From the IMG/VR virus record IMGVR_UViG_3300036985_003045: a stretch of DNA of 64,000 bases, one strand, 5' to 3'. Both the position numbers and the translations under genes were made by a program. Each line of letters begins with the position of its first letter. Within the stretch, counting starts at the first letter, position 1. A model generated the notes under the pieces. The model worked only from the letters and a program-made list of their open reading frames with translations, was not told the DNA's origin and did no database searches. The stretch is from a virus. Lineage: Duplodnaviria > Caudoviricetes. Of this stretch, positions 1 to 10,779 are shown in pieces.

Positions 1-608
1 AAATTTGAATTTACTGTAAAATCATTTGTAATAATATCTCCACTAGATGTAATATTACCAGTAACATCAACATCTCTCAATAAATCAAATTTAGTTTTAT
101 TGATTCTACCAACTATATTAGAAGATGTAGTTCCACCAGCAATAAGTACTGTAGAGGAATTGGATGATGCAGTACCAATAATTAAATTTCCATTATATGA
201 ACCAGTTAAGGACCCATGTACATAAAGATAACCATCAAGAGCATTCATTGATGAATATGCCGAATCATTAAAATTAGAACTATTAATTCCTAAATCTATA
301 AAATTATTAGCATCAGTTCCAACATCAGCAGTAGCTACATAATCACTTGAACCATTTTCATTAGTATTTTGTAAATTTATTTGAAGATATTCTTCATCAT
401 TTCCAGAAAATTGACCAGCAACTCCGGATAATACTATAGGATTTTGACCAACATTTAACACATTATTAGCAAATAAACTTGAAGCAACTTCAAATTCTGT
501 TACTTTTGCTGTTATTTGAGATTCTGTATCAACTACAACAAATAAAGTATTTGATGTGTTGGCATTTAATGTGATTGTTGGTAATTGTGATATTTTAACT
601 GTAGACAT
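1..608 (-). CDS. Virion structural protein (fibre/baseplate-associated), runs off the left edge
   Basis: Own translation MSTVKISQLPTITLNANTSNTLFVVVDTESQ..., open to position 1; Asn/Ser/Thr/Gly-rich; directly follows the wedge operon. Confidence 0.6.
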   Translation of the reverse strand, partial: MSTVKISQLPTITLNANTSNTLFVVVDTESQITAKVTEFEVASSLFANNVLNVGQNPIVLSGVAGQFSGNDEEYLQINLQNTNENGSSDYVATADVGTDANNFIDLGINSSNFNDSAYSSMNALDGYLYVHGSLTGSYNGNLIIGTASSNSSTVLIAGGTTSSNIVGRINKTKFDLLRDVDVTGNITSSGDIITNDFTVNSN

Positions 609-614
609 TTTATG

Positions 615-3600
615 TTAACCTAATAATATTAATGAACCATCTTCGGATATAAGTGAGTTTCCAGATTCATCTGTAATCTCAGGATAATATTGTTGACCAA
701 CTGGTCCAAATATTTTAATATTTTCACTTGTTGCAACAAATGTTCTAGTTACAGACATAAGTGAATTTACTGTATTTGCTAAACTTGTAGATAAATATAT
801 AGTTGAATTTGCATAGTCGATATTAGAAACTGTTTTGCTTGTGTTATTAGCAACTAATATAGCATCACCTACTCTAACAATATCTTTCAATGGATAATTA
901 GTATCACTATATTTACCATTATTTATAACATTATAAGAATTGGTTAAATATGATATATGTACAACATTGCTACTAGCATTTGCTGTAATTTGAGCAACAT
1001 TAGCAAAAGTTAACCAAACATCATCTTTAAGTGTTATAGTATTAGCTGAATTGTCCACACTTATAACTTCAGAATATATAAAATCACCCTTATCTGATGT
1101 AATGCCAATAGAATTATTAGTAGTTATGAAAGTTTCTAAATTAGCACCATATAAATTATTAAAATTTATAATATTATTACTTTGATTAATAAAATCTGCT
1201 GCTATAGATAATCCAGAATTGTGAGACCCTGTAAAATATGATAATACACTTCCTGTATTCAATACATTAGAAATCTTAAAATTATTTGCAGCATTAGATT
1301 TTAATGGATATCTACCAATAACTTTCATTCCTGTTGGATGTAATAAATCTAACAATACTTTTCTATATTTTGATATTTCTTTTTCTACAGTAATTTGATA
1401 AGTAAAATTATTATAATTTTGACTTTGTAAAATGTTATATGAACTTGGTTGGCCAGTAGTATCTAGATATTGTCCATTACTAATAGTTAAACCATTTAAG
1501 AAAGTAGCAGTAGCTTTTGCTGAACCATCTCCATATACCAAAACACCATTTTTAAATCTATCATAATTTAAACCATCCAATATACCATTTGTTATACCAC
1601 TTAATTCTATTTGATTCAATTGATTTTGTGTTAAATTTCCATAAATATTGAAACTTATAGGTTTAGATTCTATTTTAAATTGTGTAAATTTATCTGGTAT
1701 TGTATTATAATTAAAAATTCTGATTATGTATACAGATTGAGTTGGGTCTTCTTCTATAATTAATCCAATTACAGAATCGACTGAAGCTTTATATGTTGCA
1801 GTATTTAAACTTGGTCCTTGATATACCATATCTCCTTGTTGTGGTAAATATGATTCATCTTTACCAAGAAAGCCATATACTATAATATCTTGTATTTTTA
1901 ATGAAACTTTTGGTGGTGCAATATAGTCTTCACCAAAATCACTGACATTTACTTTAACAATATTACCAACACCATTATAAATTGGATTGAATAGAGAGCC
2001 ATTACCCAATATTCCTGGAATAATCATTACAGCATTAGAACCTGATGTATCGGGTGCTTTGATTAAAGGTAATCCCGAACTCAATTTATATCCACCAGTT
2101 TGTGCAATAGTATTCAATATAATTGTATTAGCAACATTTTGTGTTGGATATATTTCACCCACTTGATATCCTAAACCACCTAATGATATAATTCCATTAG
2201 CTACATATTCAACAGATGCAATAGACCCACTAGAATTAACACTAGTTATTTTTGCATTTGCTCCATGACCAGTACCACCAACAAATGTTATTATTGAATT
2301 ATTTGAATAACCAGTACCACCAGTTATTATTTGTATTGGTGCCAAAATTCCTAAATCTATAAGGTTTGCTTGTGTAAAACTTTCGAGTGCTGTAATAGTA
2401 TTTCCAACACATGTTTTATATAAAGATTCTGCTGTAACAACAGGAGGATTGCTGGAATCAATATTACCACCACCATTATCAACAACTATTGATGAAATTG
2501 AACCAGTTGAAAATGACAAAAAATTAAATGCATTAGCTAATGATGTATTTGCGTTAGCACTAAAATTATTTGCAAACATTATTGTATATTCAGCTGCACC
2601 AATTTGAATTCCTGAACCATTTACAATAGTTGCTGGTGCCCCTATTCCTTCGGGAGTAAGATTATTGGGATTATTATCATAATTTATAGGAATCATGTCT
2701 CTGGGTATAAAAGTCACAGTAGATGCGGTATTATGTGTTGTAGTAATACCCCCTACATGTGCTATAGCTCCACCAGAACGAATTATAGAAATATTAGTAT
2801 TAGCTATTACACTTTCATCCCCAATATCATTAGATTCGGAATATCCATAACCACCATTTTCAACTAAAATTCTTTTTATTGAACCTGTTGTAACTTCTTC
2901 TATTGTTGCTTTAGCTCCATGACCAGTTATTACATTTAATCCACCATCAAAAAGTACAGGGTCGCCAATATATCCAGTACTGGTATTAGCTCCTTGATAT
3001 CTTGAACCTTGAAATTTAGGATTTACAATAACTTGACTTATCTGGCCTAAAATTTTAGCACGTAATGGATAATTATCAAATAAAACATCTTGGTTATTAG
3101 AATCTACAATTCTAATATATTCACCCGATTGAAATAATCTTTCAATATCTGATATGAAAACTTCTATTCTTTTTCCCGAAATTACTGAATTTTCTATAGT
3201 TGCTATAGATTTTGTAGTTTCGCCAAAAATTCTTAAATTATCAGTTAATAAGAAATTTTCATTTGCATAACCTTTTGGAATATAAACTGATGCATTTGAT
3301 ATATCAATTACACCAGAGGGGATATAATCTGAAACATATGTAAATTCATTTAATGATGTTATTTCAGAAACTGTCCATGAACCATTGGGGGCATTTGTAC
3401 CAACTAAATCTGAAACAGTAAATTCGTCACCAATTAATAGATAATGTGGTAATGTGGTTTTAATTGTTATTGAAGTATAATCCGAAGATAATTCAGATAT
3501 ATACATCAAATCTGTTGCTAATTTTAAACTTTTTGCTACATACCATAATCCTGAAGATGCTTTTAAAGTAACATCTTTAGTATTAAGAAATTCAACATCA

Positions 3601-3947
3601 GAATTGTAAAGAATTCTGAATAGTAATTGATATGATGCAGGTGTGCCTTTATATTGGTATAATTGTTTAGCTAATTTAATAACTTCAACTTTATCTTCTA
3701 ATATGTCTTCAGGAAAATAAGAAAGAAAATCATTATAAAAATATTTTAAAAATTCATCAGTAGATTTATCAACATCTTTATAATTTAATAAATTCTTAGT
3801 TCTTTCTGTTATATTTCCATCTTCTTCTAACCATTCATAATATGCTTGTAAAAATACCACAAAATTAGCATAGGCAGGGTCATCCCGAATATGTTCAGGT
3901 AATTGTGAGGGTATGAGTAAACTAGTTAAATTATGATTGCTTATCAT
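615..3947 (-). CDS. gp7: Baseplate wedge subunit, gp7-like
   Basis: N-term LIPSQLPEHIRDD...FLQAYYEWLE, C-term YQNFTYQI...LLHPTGMKVIG, GGxGY repeats; follows gp6. Confidence 0.65.
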   Translation of the reverse strand: MISNHNLTSLLIPSQLPEHIRDDPAYANFVVFLQAYYEWLEEDGNITERTKNLLNYKDVDKSTDEFLKYFYNDFLSYFPEDILEDKVEVIKLAKQLYQYKGTPASYQLLFRILYNSDVEFLNTKDVTLKASSGLWYVAKSLKLATDLMYISELSSDYTSITIKTTLPHYLLIGDEFTVSDLVGTNAPNGSWTVSEITSLNEFTYVSDYIPSGVIDISNASVYIPKGYANENFLLTDNLRIFGETTKSIATIENSVISGKRIEVFISDIERLFQSGEYIRIVDSNNQDVLFDNYPLRAKILGQISQVIVNPKFQGSRYQGANTSTGYIGDPVLFDGGLNVITGHGAKATIEEVTTGSIKRILVENGGYGYSESNDIGDESVIANTNISIIRSGGAIAHVGGITTTHNTASTVTFIPRDMIPINYDNNPNNLTPEGIGAPATIVNGSGIQIGAAEYTIMFANNFSANANTSLANAFNFLSFSTGSISSIVVDNGGGNIDSSNPPVVTAESLYKTCVGNTITALESFTQANLIDLGILAPIQIITGGTGYSNNSIITFVGGTGHGANAKITSVNSSGSIASVEYVANGIISLGGLGYQVGEIYPTQNVANTIILNTIAQTGGYKLSSGLPLIKAPDTSGSNAVMIIPGILGNGSLFNPIYNGVGNIVKVNVSDFGEDYIAPPKVSLKIQDIIVYGFLGKDESYLPQQGDMVYQGPSLNTATYKASVDSVIGLIIEEDPTQSVYIIRIFNYNTIPDKFTQFKIESKPISFNIYGNLTQNQLNQIELSGITNGILDGLNYDRFKNGVLVYGDGSAKATATFLNGLTISNGQYLDTTGQPSSYNILQSQNYNNFTYQITVEKEISKYRKVLLDLLHPTGMKVIGRYPLKSNAANNFKISNVLNTGSVLSYFTGSHNSGLSIAADFINQSNNIINFNNLYGANLETFITTNNSIGITSDKGDFIYSEVISVDNSANTITLKDDVWLTFANVAQITANASSNVVHISYLTNSYNVINNGKYSDTNYPLKDIVRVGDAILVANNTSKTVSNIDYANSTIYLSTSLANTVNSLMSVTRTFVATSENIKIFGPVGQQYYPEITDESGNSLISEDGSLILLG

Positions 3948-6016
3948 TATTTTGTCAACATATTAACGGTGATTGCATTAGGGTCGTATGGGTCTATTGT
4001 AATTATTCTATTATATGTTGATGAAAAAATATTTGTTATAGGTGATGCACTTATAGTTAATTGTGCAAGTTTATCATCTATATCATATGGTTGGAAATTA
4101 TTTAATGTAATAATACCTTTCATATAATCTATCGTTCCAACATTAGTATCTAATATTGTTTTTATTTGATTTTTTATATAATAAGTTCTTAAAGTTCCAA
4201 CACTTCCTTGAAGAACTGCTATTGCAGCACCCAATTTTCCAGTTAAGTCTGTTGATTTTGATGTTATTGAAACTATTGCAGAAGTATATCCAGCACCAAC
4301 TGAATCAATAACTATTGATTGTATACTACCATTTACAATTATAGCATGTGCTGTAGCACCTTTTCCATCACCTAAAATAGTTACAATTGGTACAGCTGTA
4401 TATTGTGTTCCTGGATTTATTATTGATATAGATTCCACGCCATTAGTTGATATTGGAATTTCTTCTATATATACACCTTCAATAATATTTGTTAAATCCG
4501 TTTTATCTAAGAATTTCATAGATGGTGAACTAGAAACCCCACTAGAAAACATTCCTTTATTTAATGGTGTATCAAAATAAAAATTATAAGTTGATTCTGT
4601 GCTTAAATTTGGAAGAAACTTCTTTTGTAGTTTTAATTTTATATCATTTGAAAGTATAGATGAATCATTATTTTGTACAGTTGATAAAAATCCACTATTA
4701 TTATAAGATGAATTAAAATTGTTTAAAGTAGAAACCCCATAAGATTTAACTGCAGTTTCTATAGCTAATTTTAATTGTTCTGATGTATATGTTGTTTTAG
4801 AAGAATCATATAATACATTAATAGATAATGAAATATAAGTATAATCTGGGTCTATAATTGTTGGAGTTACAGTCATTACACCTATTGGACTAATAACTTC
4901 TTTAATCAATCTTTGTTTTTGTGTTTGAGTAATATTATAAGCACCAGATGGTTTCAATGATATAAAAACTTGTCCATAAACAGGTTCTTCATTTTCTTCT
5001 CCACCCCAAACACTAACAGCATCAAATGATATTCCTAATGTATTTTGTTGTATTGCCGTGATATAATCATCTTTAGTAACTGCTCTACTTTGTGCAGAAA
5101 ATGATTTAGGTGCTTGAAATTTAATAGAATCTATAGATTCTTTATCACTACCATTTGTTGCTGCAGATATTGATGTTATTGTAGTGTTTGCATAACCCTG
5201 AATTCCTTGTATTAAGGAAAAATTATTAGCACCATGAGAAGAGATACCTTTAGTTGAGATATAATTTACTCTAACAATATTACCATCTATTAATTTTTGA
5301 CCAAGTATACCATTACCAAAATAAATTTCATAATTTCCAGATAATCCTTCTTGTATGAAATAAACTTTAGAATTTCCATCCAATGTTGGATAATATGAAG
5401 CCAAGTTAAATGTTTCGGTATTTGTATTAACACCAGATTGTTGAATAGTCACAGTTAATGTAGATGTATCTATATTTGTATCTGGAATTTCAAAACTAAA
5501 TTTTGGATTATTTGTAGAATTTACAACAAATGAATAGTTAGAAGATGTTCCTTGTTTTATTAATACATTTTGAAATACTGCTGTGTCAAAATTAGTATTA
5601 ACTGTTATATCATCTTCTGTTAAAAAAGTATAATTTACTCCATCAATTGCTCTTGATATAAATGGGGTAAATTTTGGTATTGTTATAGATGATTCAGCAA
5701 CACCATGAACAGTAACATTAATAGTTGCAGATGGTGCTACAGATGATTTTGGAGTATAACCTAATACTTTTGCCTGAGATACGACTGAACTTCTTTGTAA
5801 AGCAGTATCTAAAAACATTTCATTAGACACCATGTTGAGATAGTATGCATTATACTGTGTATTGTATGCTAGAATATCCATTAATACTGAAAGACCAGAA
5901 CCCGCAAAATTATAATCTTTGAAAGTATCTTGACTTTGCATGAATTTAATCATATTAGATTTTATATCTTGAAAATCTAAACCAGTCATTTGTATGTTAC
6001 TATTTGCATTTGCCAT
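3947..6016 (-). CDS. gp6: Baseplate wedge subunit gp6
   Basis: LDFQDIKSNM...DYNFAGSGLSVLMDILAYNTQYNAYY, RAVTKDDY, VWGGEENE motifs. Confidence 0.92.
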   Translation of the reverse strand: MANANSNIQMTGLDFQDIKSNMIKFMQSQDTFKDYNFAGSGLSVLMDILAYNTQYNAYYLNMVSNEMFLDTALQRSSVVSQAKVLGYTPKSSVAPSATINVTVHGVAESSITIPKFTPFISRAIDGVNYTFLTEDDITVNTNFDTAVFQNVLIKQGTSSNYSFVVNSTNNPKFSFEIPDTNIDTSTLTVTIQQSGVNTNTETFNLASYYPTLDGNSKVYFIQEGLSGNYEIYFGNGILGQKLIDGNIVRVNYISTKGISSHGANNFSLIQGIQGYANTTITSISAATNGSDKESIDSIKFQAPKSFSAQSRAVTKDDYITAIQQNTLGISFDAVSVWGGEENEEPVYGQVFISLKPSGAYNITQTQKQRLIKEVISPIGVMTVTPTIIDPDYTYISLSINVLYDSSKTTYTSEQLKLAIETAVKSYGVSTLNNFNSSYNNSGFLSTVQNNDSSILSNDIKLKLQKKFLPNLSTESTYNFYFDTPLNKGMFSSGVSSSPSMKFLDKTDLTNIIEGVYIEEIPISTNGVESISIINPGTQYTAVPIVTILGDGKGATAHAIIVNGSIQSIVIDSVGAGYTSAIVSITSKSTDLTGKLGAAIAVLQGSVGTLRTYYIKNQIKTILDTNVGTIDYMKGIITLNNFQPYDIDDKLAQLTISASPITNIFSSTYNRIITIDPYDPNAITVNMLTK

Positions 6017-6408
6017 TATCGAGTTCTCTCCAGTAGAATATTAACCTCGGAAGGCGATGTATTGTTGCCGATAAAAAAACTCAAATTAACATAAAAAGCA
6101 TTAGCATCTTCAATAGCTACAACTTCAATATTATCAATCGCAACTCTTGGTTCGTAATTGGTTACCACATTTTTTATTTCAGTTTCTATTGAACTAGCAG
6201 TAATAGCACTAATTTGTTCAAATAGAAAAGCATTTAAATTAGAACCTAATGTAGGTTGAAATGGTCTTTCATAGAAATTAGTCATCAATAAATTACGAAC
6301 AGAACGAATAACTGATTGTTCATCATAACTCATAGATACATCTCCAGTTGCTGGATTTCGTGTAAATGTTAAATCTAAATCTGAGTATATTTTTTTTAAT
6401 GTGTTCAT
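6016..6408 (-). CDS. gp25: Baseplate wedge subunit gp25
   Basis: YSDLDLTF...RSVRNLLMTNFYERPFQP.LGS...YEPRV. Confidence 0.92.
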   Translation of the reverse strand: MNTLKKIYSDLDLTFTRNPATGDVSMSYDEQSVIRSVRNLLMTNFYERPFQPTLGSNLNAFLFEQISAITASSIETEIKNVVTNYEPRVAIDNIEVVAIEDANAFYVNLSFFIGNNTSPSEVNILLERTR

Positions 6409-6412
6409 GTTC

Positions 6413-6420
6413 TATTTATA
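6413..6420 (-). promoter_or_regulatory. T4-type late promoter TATAAATA
   Basis: Exact TATAAATA on the minus strand just upstream of gp25. Confidence 0.8.
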
Positions 6421-6429
6421 ATATTTAAC

Positions 6430-7242
6430 TTAAGGTAATTTAGAAGCACTAGTTTTAGCACTATCTCCCTGTTCCATATGTACATGATTAACAAGACTAA
6501 TTTTTTCAGTACCAGCCAACACATCAGTTTTTGATGTAATATCTTTTTCTGCATAAATTGTCCAGCCAGCAGTAATATATTGACCAATCTTCGCAAAACC
6601 ATCAGCAATCAAATCGTGTCCAGCTTTAATTGTTAGGTTAGCTACAATATTGCTTTGTGTTAGTATGTTGTCGGTCACTCGTAATATTCCAGCTATACTA
6701 AATGGACCAATAAATGTCCATTGTGTTGATTTAGCTGTGAATATACCTTCAACATCTAGATTAAAATTACCTTTTACAGTAAAATCTACATTCCCATCTA
6801 CTTGTGATTTTACATTACCCTGAATGTACACTTTAACATCACCTTGAATAGATTCTTGGTGATTGCCCATTATATAAACTTTATTGTCTTTTACGATAAC
6901 TATACAATGGTCATTAACAATGTGTTCAGTTTTGCTACCATCAGGGTGTATTTCTTGAAAAGTACCTGTTCTATGTTGAATATTTATGCGTTCACTTCCT
7001 GGAGAATCATCTAATTCAAATACATGACCAGAAGGTGTTGTTGTTGCATTATTATAAGGGTAAGTAGTATCATAAGGAACATCGGGTTGACTAAACAGAT
7101 TATTTGGGTCAACAGCAGCTTTAATCTGTTCTCCTTTAGGAACATAATTTTTTCTGAGATTTGTTTTACATTCTGTTAATTTCTCACCCTGAGCTAAAGA
7201 TAATTCAAGTGCTGTTTGGTAATCTTCTAATGATTGTGTCAT
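6430..7242 (-). CDS. gp5: Central spike gp5, C-terminal beta-helix part
   Basis: YPYNNATTTPSGHVFELDDSPGSERINIQHRTGTFQEIHPDG plus VxGN/VxG repeats; ends in an NHVH apex motif. Confidence 0.8.
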   Translation of the reverse strand: MTQSLEDYQTALELSLAQGEKLTECKTNLRKNYVPKGEQIKAAVDPNNLFSQPDVPYDTTYPYNNATTTPSGHVFELDDSPGSERINIQHRTGTFQEIHPDGSKTEHIVNDHCIVIVKDNKVYIMGNHQESIQGDVKVYIQGNVKSQVDGNVDFTVKGNFNLDVEGIFTAKSTQWTFIGPFSIAGILRVTDNILTQSNIVANLTIKAGHDLIADGFAKIGQYITAGWTIYAEKDITSKTDVLAGTEKISLVNHVHMEQGDSAKTSASKLP

Positions 7243-7245
7243 ATT

Positions 7246-8754
7246 TTATATCTCTGGTATTTTATTAGCTGCCACTTTAATTTTATCATCGTATGGTTTA
7301 ATATACGTTTCCAATTCCGATAATACTTCGGGTTTTCCATATGCTTCAGCTATTGAATTTTTCTGTGTTTTCAATTTAGCCCAGATTTTAGAATAATAGT
7401 TCATGGTGTTGAGTGCAACCCTATCCACAGTTCCACCAGAACTAAACCAATTTGAAGAATATGAAGCTTCTATTTGCACCAATGATTCTAATAATATTGG
7501 AAAAGTAACATTTACTGATGATTTCCATGTTGATATTGAATTCTCTAATGATTTTTCATGAGAACTTGGTATTTGTGATAAAGGTATCGCTGCTGGTAAA
7601 TCATGTGGAACTGGTAATGGGTAAGTTACTGCACCAACAACTGCTTTAGATATTTTTGTTTTTGGGTCAACTATAACTGGTAATTTTGTTGTAATTGATG
7701 CAGCAGATGGTGCAATACTTCCTAATATATAACACCCTAATGAACCACTTTCTAAAGACAAATCATCAATAGTTTTTTTCAATGAATCGGATGCCATCTT
7801 TTCATATTTTTTAGCGGTTAGTTCTAAGTTATGTAACTGCTCAGCAAGTTCTTTTTCTGCTGCAGCTTTCATATCATTCATTGCAGTTGTTGCTGTATCT
7901 ATTGCACCAGACACTGCTGAGGATGCAGAATCTATAGCACTACTGATAGTATTTAAACCATCAGTTATACCTAAACTTGATGCAGCACTTGCAGCAGCAC
8001 TTTCAATTTCAGAATTAATAAAATTTTCGGTATCTGCTAATAAATCTTTTCCAGATGTAATTAATTTACCAATATCCCCCAATAAACTTTTTTCATCTGG
8101 ACCACATTTCTTTTTCTCTGTAAGTTTTCCATCAGATTCTTTTTTGGTTCCTGCTGGTGATGTTGCAGCAGCAGCAGTAGCAGCAGCTGTTAATTTATCA
8201 CCAGTAGAAGCTGCATTTGGACCAAGTATATCATTAACTTTTTTATCCATTTTATCGGTAACACTTTTAGGCTTTGCTGTATCTAAATGCATTGCTTCTA
8301 AATTTGTTGTTGGTGCTCCGATAATTTTTGGAGTTGGTACAAATGGGTCATTTTTAATTGTTGAACCGCTACCATCTTTTTCTTGTTTAACAGTTGCAGT
8401 TGTTGCACCTTTAGTTTCGGGTGATTTAAATCCTTTATCTGGATTTTTTATTGTGTCTGGTGATATTACTCCAGGTAATACACCGAAATATGCTGGAAAT
8501 TGACCAGATTGTCCATCAAAGAAATAACCAGTTACCCAATCTCCCATTTGTGGAACATTGAATGAAAGTGAATTATTGATAGGAAGTACAGCATGTGACC
8601 ATGGTAAATCTGCAGTTGGTATTAAATTTTTATCTGATGTATGCCAACCAAAAATTCTAACACGACACCTAGCAATTCTTAATGGGTCATTATTATCTTC
8701 AACAACGCCAATCCACCAAACAAAATTATTCATTCCTAAAAATGCATTATCCAT
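7246..8754 (-). CDS. gp5: Central spike gp5, N-terminal OB-fold part with long Ala/Ser-rich extension
   Basis: FVWWIGVVEDNNDPLRIARCRVRIFGWH...LPWSH...GDWVTGYFFDG. Confidence 0.85.
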   Translation of the reverse strand: MDNAFLGMNNFVWWIGVVEDNNDPLRIARCRVRIFGWHTSDKNLIPTADLPWSHAVLPINNSLSFNVPQMGDWVTGYFFDGQSGQFPAYFGVLPGVISPDTIKNPDKGFKSPETKGATTATVKQEKDGSGSTIKNDPFVPTPKIIGAPTTNLEAMHLDTAKPKSVTDKMDKKVNDILGPNAASTGDKLTAAATAAAATSPAGTKKESDGKLTEKKKCGPDEKSLLGDIGKLITSGKDLLADTENFINSEIESAAASAASSLGITDGLNTISSAIDSASSAVSGAIDTATTAMNDMKAAAEKELAEQLHNLELTAKKYEKMASDSLKKTIDDLSLESGSLGCYILGSIAPSAASITTKLPVIVDPKTKISKAVVGAVTYPLPVPHDLPAAIPLSQIPSSHEKSLENSISTWKSSVNVTFPILLESLVQIEASYSSNWFSSGGTVDRVALNTMNYYSKIWAKLKTQKNSIAEAYGKPEVLSELETYIKPYDDKIKVAANKIPEI

Positions 8755-10157
8755 TATTTTTTAACTCCTGCTACAGTATTTTTCCATACTTGTGAATTAT
8801 TATCCACTTTATTGTAGGGTTTATTATTACTATCTTTAATTAATTCAATCACTGTATTATAACCACCAGTTTGTATGGTATGTCTTATAGATGAAATTAA
8901 ATATTTTCCAGAATAAAATTTATCATTTTCTTTTTGTTCATCTGGTGTGTTTGAAACTATGTCAAACATTGCAGTTTGACCAATAGAAACTGTTGGATTT
9001 CCAGGAATAACAATTTTCAATCTAGTATAATTGTTAATAGCTAATTGAGATTTTCTTTGTGTAACATAAGTTTCTGCAAAAATATCTTGTGAAACTGAAC
9101 CAGGCCTTGCTGCTATAAAAGGATTATCTGATTGATTTGAATTAGACATAGAAAGTCTGAGCAATCCTTCTGGTGTTTCATATAATGCTTGACCAAATCT
9201 ATTTTTTAAATTATTTACTACTGGACTTGAATTTAATGTTTTTTTGTTATTCAATATATAATTATAATCAGTAATATTTACAGAATGCTGTAATATATCT
9301 AATGATATTAATCTATTTGCAAAAGTACCATTGTGTATTCCATCAAGAACATCAAAAGTTTTATCATATTCATAAGATAAGACATTGAAGAAATAATCAT
9401 TAATATTATCAAATTCTTCCATAGGTCTATTTTTAACACCAAATTTAAAATTATATTCTGGTGTTTTTGAGAACATGGTTTGCATTGATGAGAAAACATA
9501 TCCATTTTTGGCATTTTCAAAAAACAACATATCAGAACCAACAAGTGAAGTATCAGCTGGTCTAGCATAATTTGATAACCATTGTATTGCTTCAAATGGT
9601 TTAAATCCAGGTATAATAAAACTATATGTACCTAATGTGTCTTGAATATTAGAAATATTAAATCTATCTTTTGGGACTTTCAAATAATTAACAAGAACAT
9701 CAATTATTATATCTTTAATAGATTTCCCAGGATAGGATTTACTAATTCTATATTGTTCCGATAATAACAATTCATCTGAACAGAAATGTATAATATATCC
9801 TTCAGTAGAATCATTATCCATTTTTTGTCTATCTGATATTTTATATACTCTAAAAATTTTATCAATGTATAATTCTGGGGAATCATCAGAATCTTTAGCA
9901 AAAGACATTCTTATATATTCATTTCCATGGAGTTGAGCATTTTCTATAACACCTAATGCATCGGAAATAAATAATTTACCGGATATTGCATGACTGTATA
10001 TATCTTCAAAATATGACAATTCAATCATCATATGTTTTAAATCTAAAGTACCTGCTATACCAGAAGATAAAAGATTAATAGCCCTTAGATTATAATCTTT
10101 ATGTTTTTGAGTTCCATCACTAGCTTCTGTGTGTTTTAATGTTGGCAATTGTGCCAT
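8754..10157 (-). CDS. Baseplate hub protein (gp27-like)
   Basis: YFEDIYSHAISGKL, FFEN..GY.F, YSGKYLISSIRH motifs; lies between gp53 and gp5. Confidence 0.55.
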   Translation of the reverse strand: MAQLPTLKHTEASDGTQKHKDYNLRAINLLSSGIAGTLDLKHMMIELSYFEDIYSHAISGKLFISDALGVIENAQLHGNEYIRMSFAKDSDDSPELYIDKIFRVYKISDRQKMDNDSTEGYIIHFCSDELLLSEQYRISKSYPGKSIKDIIIDVLVNYLKVPKDRFNISNIQDTLGTYSFIIPGFKPFEAIQWLSNYARPADTSLVGSDMLFFENAKNGYVFSSMQTMFSKTPEYNFKFGVKNRPMEEFDNINDYFFNVLSYEYDKTFDVLDGIHNGTFANRLISLDILQHSVNITDYNYILNNKKTLNSSPVVNNLKNRFGQALYETPEGLLRLSMSNSNQSDNPFIAARPGSVSQDIFAETYVTQRKSQLAINNYTRLKIVIPGNPTVSIGQTAMFDIVSNTPDEQKENDKFYSGKYLISSIRHTIQTGGYNTVIELIKDSNNKPYNKVDNNSQVWKNTVAGVKK

Positions 10158-10158
10158 A

Positions 10159-10779
10159 TTACACCTGCAACAATGATATTAATTGATTTTCCATATCTTT
10201 GGCATATATTGAATTCATAACATTAACAGACCTTTTATTTTCGTTTAATTGCAACTCATGGTCATATATAGTTTGTTCAAAAGTTGATGTAATTATAGTT
10301 GAAGTATAACCATTATCTAATGTTACTAAAAATGTTTGGCTTTGTGGAAGTTCTAGATATGTTTCATAATCAATTTGATAATCATCAGATGAAGTTGTCT
10401 GAGTATAAGAATCTATTGTGGTTATATTTTTATAATAATATTTAATATTTGTTTGAGTATATTCTAAAACAGTTTGATTATTTTCTGCAGCAATAGCTTT
10501 ATATTTAGCTTCTAAATGAGCATCAAATATTTTTGTAGATAAAACCAAATCCCATTGGGGGTCCATTATATTATTACTATAAAGAAATAACCAATATCTA
10601 TATGGGTCTCCATAATATTTTGAAGCCATTATTTCTGGTGTATCACCTTCTTGCATTTCATATTTATAAAATAATGAAGAATTATTTATAAGTGATGGCA
10701 ACAAATCAGTTCTTACCAATAAATTTGTAAGAACTTCTTTATTAGATATTAATTTTGGAAATGACCTGAAAAATTTCAT
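10159..10779 (-). CDS. gp53: Baseplate wedge protein gp53
   Basis: LysM-like EGDTPEIMASKYYGDPYRYWLFLYSNNIMDP. Confidence 0.85.
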   Translation of the reverse strand: MKFFRSFPKLISNKEVLTNLLVRTDLLPSLINNSSLFYKYEMQEGDTPEIMASKYYGDPYRYWLFLYSNNIMDPQWDLVLSTKIFDAHLEAKYKAIAAENNQTVLEYTQTNIKYYYKNITTIDSYTQTTSSDDYQIDYETYLELPQSQTFLVTLDNGYTSTIITSTFEQTIYDHELQLNENKRSVNVMNSIYAKDMENQLISLLQV

